Source of the DNA: Eledone cirrhosa
Taxonomy: Eukaryota
Length of the DNA: 64,000 nt
Reading direction: 5' to 3'
NCBI GenBank assembly: GCA_964016885.1
Contig: OZ024742.1
Location: 176,018,001 to 176,082,000 of the forward strand
Below the pieces are notes generated by a model. The model worked only from the letters and a program-made list of their open reading frames with translations, did not search any database and was not told where the DNA came from. Positions within the stretch are counted from its first letter, which is position 1; every line of letters begins with the position of its first letter. Positions 54,064 to 64,000 of this stretch are shown here, in pieces. Position numbers and translations under genes: made by a program.

Positions 54064-54126
54064 ATTAAATGTTATTATACATATTTCAGAGGTACAACAG
54101 TACGTCCTCATCAGACAACATATAAT
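54064..54126 (-). ncRNA. Minimal type-I hammerhead ribozyme
   Basis: ATTATATGTTGT-CTGATGA-GGACGTAC-TGTT-GTACCTCT-GAAA-T-ATGT-ATA-ATAACATTTAAT. Confidence 0.88.
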
Positions 54127-54827
54127 GGTACATGACATACCCTCAGATATTAAATGATTAAGATTTAATCAAGGTAGTGATTAACCTATGAGAAAACTCA
54201 ATATTTATACCCTAATAATGAGAAAATGCGAAAACGTAATAGATTCAATAGAGAAGGTATGAGAAAGGAAAACGTTGCTTTAATGCAACAGTTATAGAGA
54301 TTTTAAAATGTGGGATACTACAAATTAGGATTATTGAGGAAGGCATCTCTGGAAATATAATTTTATTACAATTTATGAAGGCAACCGAGAGATAATTAAA
54401 GAGAGGGAGAGATAAAGGGGAGTAATTTATGCAAACATTCATTTTTCTCTCCATATGCACTTAGCGGTTAAGTTTCAAAATATTTAATTTATGTTATTTT
54501 AGGGTGAAGAATCAATATTTTAAGTTTTTAAAAGTTGCTGGTTATTTATATTAATTTCATAAATTTTATAAATTTTTTAAAAGTGTTACATTACTACAAT
54601 TCTGAATTTTATGAAAACAAAATTAAAGGATTTACTAGGCCCGCGAAAGAAAAATATACAATGTTGAATTATACCTTAAATGTAATCTTTAACAACAATT
54701 ACATATAAGACTGTCAAGATTTTCGGTATGTAAAATTTCTGAAGTACTTACTGTTACAAATATCAAAGAATTTATTGTCAAGTAGATACATTGTCTAAAG
54801 TATAATGATTAACACAGAGTTTTCAGC

Positions 54828-54884
<57 letters not shown>

Positions 54885-55732
54885 TAGTGTGTGTGTGTGC
54901 ATTTATCGTAATAAATTAATATTTATTATATTATATTAAATCACTACATTAGTTCTACCTTTATGGGAAGAATGAACTCTAAATAATGATTATGTTATTG
55001 TACAATATATTTATATTTGCACAACCTATATATAGCGTTATACCGAAACAATAATTATGATTAAGTTATTATACATTATAAATATAGATCCCCAAAAAAC
55101 CAAATTTAGATGATATACATAAGTAATAATATGATTATGTTATTATACAATATACACATATTTGCAAAAAATTAGGTATAGAGAGATATACTAAGTATTA
55201 ATGAGACAGTATACTTATGGTAAATGATAACGATTATACTCTTAGAACATAGATTCAAACATGCATAAGTTAAATACATACATATAAAAGAATGTAAACG
55301 CATGAATGATTCACAGTTCAAAATAAGGTCCGTAAAAATTTACAGGTTGGATATTTGAACTATATTTAAAACATATATAGAAAAATAAAGATAGAGAAAT
55401 AATTGTAGGGTCAAAGTTAGTAATATTATGTTATCTATATCAACGTGTCAGCATGTTATTAAACAAGTGTCATTCATTCAAACGTTATTTCCTTTATAGA
55501 TAGTTATAACATAAAGCAATATTAAAGGCCATTAAGGTTTTCATCTGTTGATTATGTACGTCTAAAAACCATGTTTGGTTGGTTAGTGTTTTTTCCTGGT
55601 CTTATGGGAAGCTTGGAATGTAGACAAGGCTTTATGGATGCAGTTAGAAAATAATTCAGTTTTTTTGTTAATTAAGGTCTCATAATTATTAATAAACAAA
55701 AGGGTCTCCATTGTACAAAGCGCGCAGTTACT

Positions 55733-56251
55733 TCATATACTTGAGTTGTTGTAAACTCCACTATTCCGAAGTTTCGTCCAAAAAATGGAGTATTTTAAGT
55801 TCTTCTCTTTTAATGACCATATAAGCTGTGATAAAGAAGTGGATGATTTCCTCTTGGAGTTCGAAAATGAGCATTTATGATTTGCAAATCTGGCTTTAAA
55901 TGTAGAAGTCGATCCTATGTAGTTGCATGTGTTGTAATCAGTTTTAACCGTGCATTTATACATCAAATTACTATCCAAACAATTATTTTGCAGAGGGCAA
56001 TCAATTCTATTTCTACAATTACATTTTGGTTTATTATCATTTATGTTAACACAATTATTAAGATCATTATGCTGATTCTGCTTTAGAATTTTACTGTTTA
56101 ATTTAGCAATGTTTTGGGCAATATTCATAGTTGTAGAATAAAACAATTTAATAGTGCATTTATTAAAAATGGAATGGTATTTATGTTGAGTAGGGAAAGA
56201 GGTGTCCAAAGCATTATAGAATAATTTTGCAATTTGTGAATATGGCCCCAA
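55733..56251 (-). pseudogene. PLE linker and GIY-YIG endonuclease fragment (mirror copy ~56253-56960 on +)
   Basis: IAKLFYNALDTSFP..HKYHSIFN, CNCRNRIDCPLQNNCL, LMYKC...YIGSTSTFKARFANH; homologous to 16655-17311. Confidence 0.9.
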
Positions 56252-56314
56252 TACATTGCTAAATTAAATAATAAAATTCTAAATCAGAATGAGAATAATG
56301 ATCTTAATAATAAT

Positions 56315-56498
56315 TGTTTCTACTTTAGGCACAAGGCCAGCAATAACCCAATGCATTACTGGTACTTTATTTTATCGACCCCGTAAGGATGAAAGGCAAA
56401 GTCAACCTCGGCGGGATTTGAACTCAGATCGTAAAGGGACGTAACTATGCTGGAAAGCATGGCCTCTGACCCTCTACCGATACTGCCAATCCACCGCC
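56315..56498 (-). mobile_element. tRNA-derived SINE with 18-bp TSD, in the right PLE arm only
   Basis: AATGATCTTAATAATAAT at 56297-56314 and 56499-56516. Confidence 0.95.
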
Positions 56499-57643
56499 AA
56501 TGATCTTAATAATAATGTTAACATAAATGATAATAAACGAAAATGTAATTGTAGAAATAAAATTGATTACCCTTTGTAAAATAATTGTTTGGATAGTAAT
56601 GTGGTGTATAAATGCACGGTTAAAACTGATTACAACACATGGAACTACATAGGATCGACTTCTTCTACATTTAAAGCCAGATTTGCGAATCATAAATGCT
56701 CATTTTCGAACTCCAAGAGGAAATCATCCACTTCTTTATCACATTAAAAGAGAACAATTTAAAATACTCCATTTTTTGGACGAAACTTCGGAATAGTGGA
56801 GTTTACCGCAACTCAAGTATATGAAGTAACTGCGCGCTTTGTACAATGGAGACCCTTTTGATTATTAATAATTATGAGACCTTAATTAACAAAAAAACTG
56901 AATTATTTTCTAACTACATCCATAAAGCCTTGTCTACATTCCAAGCTTCCCATAAGACCAGGAAAAAAACACTAACCAACCAAACATGGTTTTTAGACGT
57001 ACATAATCAACAGATGAAAACGTTAATGGCCTTTAATATAGCTTTATCTTATAACTATCTATAAAGGAAATAACGTTTGAATGAATGCTGACACGTTGAT
57101 ATAGATAACATAATATTACTAACTTTGATCCATACCATTATTTCTCTATCTTTATTTTTCTATATATGTTTTTATTATAGTTCAAATATCCAACCTGTAA
57201 ATTTTTACGGACCTTATTTTGAACTGTGAAACATTCATGCGTTTACACTATTTTATATATATGTATGTATTTAACTTATGTATGTTTGAATCTATTATGT
57301 AAGAGTATAATCGTTATCATTTACCATAAGAATACTGTCTCATTAATACTTAGTATATCTCTCTATACCTAATTTTTGCAAATATGTGTATATTGTATAA
57401 TAATATAATCATATTACTTGTTGCGTATAACTGTGCATTTGTTTTTTTTTTGCATCTATATTTATAATGTATAATAACTTAATCATAATTATTGTTTCGG
57501 TATAACGCTATATATAGTTTGTGCAAATATAAATATATTGTACAATAGCATAATCATTATTTAGAGTTCATTCTTCCCATAAAGGTAGAACTAATATAGT
57601 GATTTAATATAATATAATAAATATTAATTTATTACGATAAATG

Positions 57644-57797
<154 letters not shown>

Positions 57798-58501
57798 GCT
57801 GAAAACTCTGTGTTAATCATTATACTTTAGACAATGTATCTACTTGACAATAAATTCTTCGATATTTGTAACAGTAAGTACTTCAGTAATTTTACATACC
57901 GAAAATGTTGACACTCTTATATGTAATTGATGTTAAAGATTACATTTAAGGTAAAATTCAACATTGTATATTTTTCTTTCGCGGGCTTAGTAAATCCTTT
58001 AATTTTATTTTTTTTTCATAAAATTAAGAATTTTAGTAATGTGACACATTTAAAAAATTTATAAAATTTATAAAATTAATATAAATAACCATCAACTTTT
58101 AAAAACTTAAAATTTTGATTCTTCACACTAAAATAACATAAATTAAATATTTTGAAACGTAACCGCTAAGTCCATATGGAGAAAACAAAATGTTTGCATA
58201 AATTACTCCCCTTTATCTCTCCCTCTCTTTAATTATCTCTCGGTTGCCTTCATAAATTGTAATAAAATTATATTTCCAGAGACGTCTTCCTCAATAATCA
58301 AAATTTGTAGTATCCCACATTTTAAAATCTCTATAACTGTTACATTAAAGCAACGTTTTCCTTACTCATACCTTCTCTATTGAATCTATTACGTTTTCGC
58401 ATTTTCTCATTATTAGGGTATAAATATTGAGTTTTCTCATAGGTTAATCACTACCGTGATTAAATCTTAACCATTTAACATCTCAGGGTATGTCATGCAT
58501 C

Positions 58502-58564
58502 ATTATATTTTGTCTGATGAGGACGTACTGTTGTTCCTCTGTAATAAGTATAATAAAATTTAAT
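58502..58564 (+). ncRNA. Hammerhead copy with mutated core (GAAA>GTAA)
   Basis: ATTATATTTTGT-CTGATGA-GGACGTACTGTTGTTCCTCT-GTAA-TAAGTATA-ATAAAATTTAAT. Confidence 0.8.
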
Positions 58565-58649
58565 TGATCAAAAGACATCTATTTTATTCATATTTTTATT
58601 TTAATATATGTATGTATATATATATGTGTGTATATATATATGTATATGT

Positions 58650-60465
58650 ATCATCATCATCATCGCTTTACGTCCATTCTCCCACGCTAGCATGGGTTGT
58701 CCTGTTGTGGGCAGTATCCAGTCGGCTGACCTTGTCTTGCTCATACAGGAACTGATTCTGGCTTGATTTCTACAGTGGATGCTCTTCCTAACACCAACCT
58801 CATTTACAGTGAGTGCTGGGTGCTTTTATTCCGGGGCGCCTACACGTCCAGTGTGGGCTGGGTACTTTTTTGCCGTGGCACCTCCATGACCATTTTGCAG
58901 TAGGTGGGTGTGGGGGAATATTGTCTATATGCTTCAGCTTCGGCTTGTACCCGTGTGGCGTCGGGTCTTCTGTATTACTGCGTGATGCCAGACTTCACGG
59001 TCGTGTGTCATCGCCTTTGAGAGGTGTAATTGGGTAAGGTCGGCTTTTATCACCTCATCCCAGGTCTTCTTGGGTCTCCCCACTCAGTGGTTTCCATCGA
59101 CTTCTACTGTTCTGCACCTTTTTATGCAGCTGTCATCCTTCATACGCATCATATGTCCATACCAACGCCACCGCCTTTACTGCACACAGCATTTGATTAC
59201 TCTTATGCTCAGTCTCTCAATTCGTTTATGCTTTGCCGTTCGCGTATATTACTATTACACATCGATTGGAGCATGCAGGCTTCGTTTCTTTCTAATCTAC
59301 GCATGTCTTCCACTTTCAACGCCCAGGTCTCACTACCATGTAACATTGCTGTTCGTATATACGCATCATACAGTCTGCCTTTCATTTTGAGGGAAAAGCT
59401 GTTGCAGCTAGCAGTGGCAGTAGCTCCCTGAACTTCTTCCATCGCGTTCTTACCCTAGTTATTGTACTTTCCGAACACCCACCCCCGCTGCTAATTCGGT
59501 CACCTAGGTAACAGAAGCTGTCTACTGTTTCTACAGATCCCACCCAGAGTTTGGTGGTACTTGTTTCCTGTGGCCATTTGCTGCTTGCTGTTCCAGCACA
59601 GTTGCTACATGTGAAGGCTACATTCTTATTTAAGCTTCCTGATATCCCGCTACATCTCTTGTGTACCCATTGTTTGCATTTTGGGAAGAGAATGGAGTTC
59701 CTACATACTGAGCAAGGCCATTTTCCTGGGGGGATCTGGGTTCTGTTTACTCGTCTACTTAGAAATACCTTAGTCTTTGTCAGGTTGACTTTGAGACCCT
59801 TTCTTTCTAGTCCCTGCTTCGAAGTTTGGAATTTCTTCTCTAGTTCTACCATAGATTCAGCTATAAGTGCGAGGCCATCTGCATACAGGAGTTCCCATGG
59901 GCATCCGGTCTTAAACTCCTCCGTTATTGCCTGCAGGACTATGATTAACAGGAGAGGGCTATGAACGGAGCACTGGTGGACACCGACCTGTACGCTAAAT
60001 TCTTCTCTATGCTCATTGCTAATCCTAACTTTGCTGACTGCTCACCTATACATGGCTTGTACAGCTTTCACAAGCCATTCATCTAGTCCTAGTTTGCTAA
60101 GAGCCCACCAGATTATAGCACGTGGAACTCTGTCAAAGGCTTTCTCGAGATCGACAAATGTCAGGGAGAGTGGCTTACTTTTAGCTAGGTACCTTTCCTG
60201 TAACTGCCTCACAATTAAGAGGGCATCAATGGTGCCTCTTCCTGGCACAAACCCCAAATTGCATCTCGTCTAGTTTCAACCGGTCCCTAATCAACTGTGC
60301 TATAACTCTATCTGTTACTCTCATGACCTCGTCCATCAGCTTTATACTCTATAGTTTCCTCTATCTAGTGCATCACCTTTACCTTTGTAGCAGTGGACAT
60401 TGATGCTACTGCACCAATCCTTTGGTATGACAACTTCTAGTATTACCTGGTTAACAATACGTGTG
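58650..60465 (-). mobile_element. 5'-truncated RTE LINE (RT pseudogene) with (GAT)n tail
   Basis: YKGKGDALDRGNYR, GFVPGRGTIDAL, FVDLEKAFDRVP, PWELLYADGLAL (YADD mutated), GLKVNLTKTK, Cys cluster, MLHGSETW. Confidence 0.93.
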
Positions 60466-60483
60466 GATATATATATATATGTG

Positions 60484-60555
<72 letters not shown>

Positions 60556-60928
60556 CATGTATATATATTTATATATATATATGTATATCTGTGTGTGTGT
60601 GTGTATATATATATATGATGTAAGAGGAAGTGTACAAAGAGACGTAGAGTTGTACGCATGTGGTAAACAGCAAAGGCCACATGTTGTCCTTCTCCGACAC
60701 AACAACTTTTTCCCCTCGGAAAACCTTCAGTTGATGGATGTGAAATCTGAAATGTGAAATCTGAAATCTATCACGTGTAATTTTTTTTTTCACTTCTCCT
60801 ACATTTGTTTACGCTCTCAACGTCTCTTTCTAGACTTCCTCTTACCACTCTCTCTCTCATTACCACCTGATTCTGTTACCCAGAGATTTACCCATCTGCA
60901 TTGTTGAAGCTTCCAAAACGACTATTTT

Positions 60929-60985
<57 letters not shown>

Positions 60986-61126
60986 TTATATATATGTGTG
61001 TAAGTGTGTATATATGTTTATGTGTATATATATGTATATATGTATGTATGTGTGTATATATATGTATCTGTGTGTATATTTATATATATATATATGTTTG
61101 TATGTACATACGTATGTATGTGTGTT

Positions 61127-61157
<31 letters not shown>

Positions 61158-61422
61158 CTATATCTATTTGTATGTAAAATAAAGTTAAATAAAAGTCAAA
61201 TGATTAAAATTTAGCTTCGTTTATTACTGCTATATATATTTCAGTGACAGCCATCTTTGGCTGTGACCTCGTCAGGCAGTTTGAATTTGTATGGTTTAGA
61301 CAAGTACATATGTTGTTTAGGTGTATAATATTGTCAATACTCTGATATGCCCAGTTCCTTGTTGGGTTGTTAATTCACTGAGGAACTGGAGTCATATGAA
61401 TTCAAACAAACGAATTTGTTTG

Positions 61423-61567
<145 letters not shown>

Positions 61568-61707
61568 CTATTTATATGTTATCTCTTTCTCTTAATTTCG
61601 AGTATATTGTTTTGACCGGCCACCTTCCTGGTGGCAAGGTTGTAAAAGAAAAGAAATTGTCATCCCTTGAATCGCAAGAATGTTTTGCAAATTTTGAAGG
61701 TGCCAGC

Positions 61708-61739
<32 letters not shown>

Positions 61740-61783
61740 TGTATGTATGTATGTATGTATGTATGTATGTATGTATGTGTGTC

Positions 61784-62210
61784 AGGTCACCAGTTGGTGC
61801 TACTGGTAACATGTATTCGAGTACAACCTGTCCCATGGTCGGGTCGTTGGCGATTAAACTGTCAACCCCACCAATGTTTCTTGGTTAGTAGGGCGACTTT
61901 GGACATCCTGCAGGACTAAAAACAAAACCTGTCAAAGGGCAAAGGAGCTCTTAAGAGTCAATGGCCATCCAAAATCACCGGGAGAGATGACCCCTTAGCC
62001 TTTGTTAAGGCAGAATTCTAGTAGAAGGAAAACTCTGATATAACACCTGCAACCCTGATGGTATCCAATGATGTTGACTTGTTCTTCTTTTTGGTAAATA
62101 CCATCTAGGTTAACAGAGTGGGACTGGCTTTGTGCAGTGCCTTTGCTCACTATAAAAGCTTCACGGCACAGGCATTACTTTATATCTGGAGATCTCTCTG
62201 CACTTGTCGT
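61784..62210 (+). mobile_element. Dispersed repeat resembling an RTE 5' UTR (related ~19320-19560, ~29740-29960, ~63820-64000)
   Basis: Shared GGGTCGTTGGCGATTAAAC..CAACCCC and GAAGGAAAACTCTGAT...ATGATGTTGAC motifs among copies. Confidence 0.5.
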
Positions 62211-63131
62211 CACATGGTACCATGGGCCCAGCACTATGTGTCAATAATTGTCACAGGTGTAATGTTTGTCCCAGAGTTTTCAAGTCGCTGGCTGGACTAA
62301 AAAGTCACACTCGTTCAGCGCATCCGTGGGGGTTCTCCAACATGGATATAAAGTAGTAGCGTACTAGAAAACGAGTTGGCAGCCACCATGTATGTATGTA
62401 TCTAGTTCATTTGTATGTATCTAGTTCATTTGACAAATGAACTACTGAACATCTCAATGCGTCCGCCACCACTATAACGTCTACACTCACTCCCCACCAT
62501 CACATTTACATTTACACATGTCATTACCCTATCTAGACAAAAGTCACCGACCTGTTGTCAAACTCTCTACTCTGTGTTTAATGTGTGTGTGTATATATAT
62601 ATGTATGTATATGTGTGTATATACATCACTCAGTCAAACGACCAGATTTGAACCCCAATATCTACAACAACAACACCGGCACAAATGTTTACAGCAACAA
62701 CAGCTTCAGAATGAATTGAAATGAACATTTACAACAACAACAACAGCAGCAGCATCAAACGATAAAACAAAAACAAAAATCAAACAACAAACAAACAAAA
62801 AAACTAAAAATAACAAAACACACACACGCACACAACGCAACAACAACAACAACAACAACTGCCACCACCACCGCCGCCATCACTGGGCCTTAAGGAAACA
62901 ACAACTTTAATAATACTTTTTCTGCTTGTCTCAGCACATTACTGGTACTCTCTTTTGTTGACTCCGTGGGGATGAAAGGCAAGGTTGACCTCGGCAGATT
63001 TGAGCTCAGAGCGTGGAGAGCGATAGCTCTATGCTGTAAATACTGAACTGTAACACGAACGGCTTCATCTATGCGAACTCTTGAAAGTCAACAGTTGACA
63101 TAATCTTGTAATCTTGTATCAGTAATGACGG

Positions 63132-63180
<49 letters not shown>

Positions 63181-63187
<7 letters not shown>

Positions 63188-63595
63188 GTGAGGTTTTTTT
63201 TACAAAATGAAAAGTAACCGAGGTGTCCTACACGAGTAAAAGTATAAAGAAAAAGAGATGAAATCGAAAATGCAACTGAAGTCTTATTTTAAAAAAAAAT
63301 ATATATATTTATTTGGTTCCTTTACCGGTTTCGCAGTTCTTCTGCTTTTCAAAAGGTGAGTTGAGATGGAGGGTCTGTGGTTTTTCTCACATGGGCATAG
63401 TTCTTGAAGATAAGCAGATCAAAATGTGTTGATATAGCAAGAGTGCTTAGTTTATCCATGATGGAGGCAAATGGTAGCATCTCAACTCACCTTTTGAAAA
63501 GCAGAAGAACTGCGAAACCGGTAAAGGAACCAAATAAATATATATTTTTTTTTAAAAATAAGACTTCAGTTGCATTTTCGATTTCATCTCTTTTT

Positions 63596-63602
<7 letters not shown>
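63181..63602. mobile_element. Miniature inverted PLE-type insertion in (TA)n
   Basis: 63244-63368 is a near-perfect reverse complement of 63478-63602; ~110-nt spacer; ~60-nt unpaired tail on the left; each arm carries a hammerhead-like motif. Confidence 0.75.
63490..63527 (+). ncRNA. Variant minimal hammerhead with UUGAAAA core (mirror copy 63319-63356 on -)
   Basis: CCTT-TTGAAAA-GCAG-AAGAA-CTGC-GAAA-CCG-GTA-AAGG: stems I and II pair, palindromic ACCGGT stem III, GUA triplet. Confidence 0.7.
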
Positions 63603-63659
<57 letters not shown>

Positions 63660-64000
63660 CTAAGTGAGTAGCGTGTGTGTGTGTGTTTGTATGTATGAGT
63701 GTTGGTATGTGCGCGCGTATGTATGTGTGCGCGTGTGTGTATGCGCATGTGTGTATGTTGTACGTATAAGTGTCAATAAGTGAGTTTTTTTGTTTTGTTT
63801 TTTGCGCGGGTACATAGAAATAATCGGGCTGGATGCCCGATCACGCAGTTAAACCACTGGAGGTCAAGAACCCCTAGCCCTTGTCAGGGTATTCTTCTAG
63901 GAGACGGCATCTCAAGAAACTGGGTCAACTCCGACATAAAACATGCGGCTCAGTAGTTCCCGATGATGTTGATCTTTTCTCCTTTTCGGGTTATAGCTAT

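Noticed and set aside
59551-59964. 137-aa plus-strand ORF (also 59030-59431 and 17981-18364)
   Set aside because: Antisense shadows of retroelement coding sequence

Overview
AT-rich, microsatellite-dense animal genomic DNA. The repeat families resemble those of Octopus/coleoid cephalopods (inference). No intact host gene can be supported; almost everything recognisable is transposon-derived. The standout system is five insertions of Penelope-like elements (PLEs; GIY-YIG endonuclease visible in three of them), each at or next to (TA)n tracts, together carrying nine copies of minimal type-I hammerhead ribozyme (HHR) motifs with visible stem covariation. Three of them form inverted-repeat structures (15.1-19.3 kb, 53.9-58.6 kb, 63.2-63.6 kb). 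One has lost its RT catalytic core but keeps tandem ribozymes, and one uses a non-canonical UUGAAAA core. Also present: a palindromic U6 snRNA double pseudogene folded back on U6's own 5' stem-loop, a head-to-tail Helitron array, RTE and Tx1/L1 LINE remnants, tRNA-derived SINEs, TTAA-flanked MITEs, Tc1/mariner fragments and an unidentified decayed reading frame at 48.1-49.2 kb. Coordinates were read by eye and may be off by a few bases; no searches were run.
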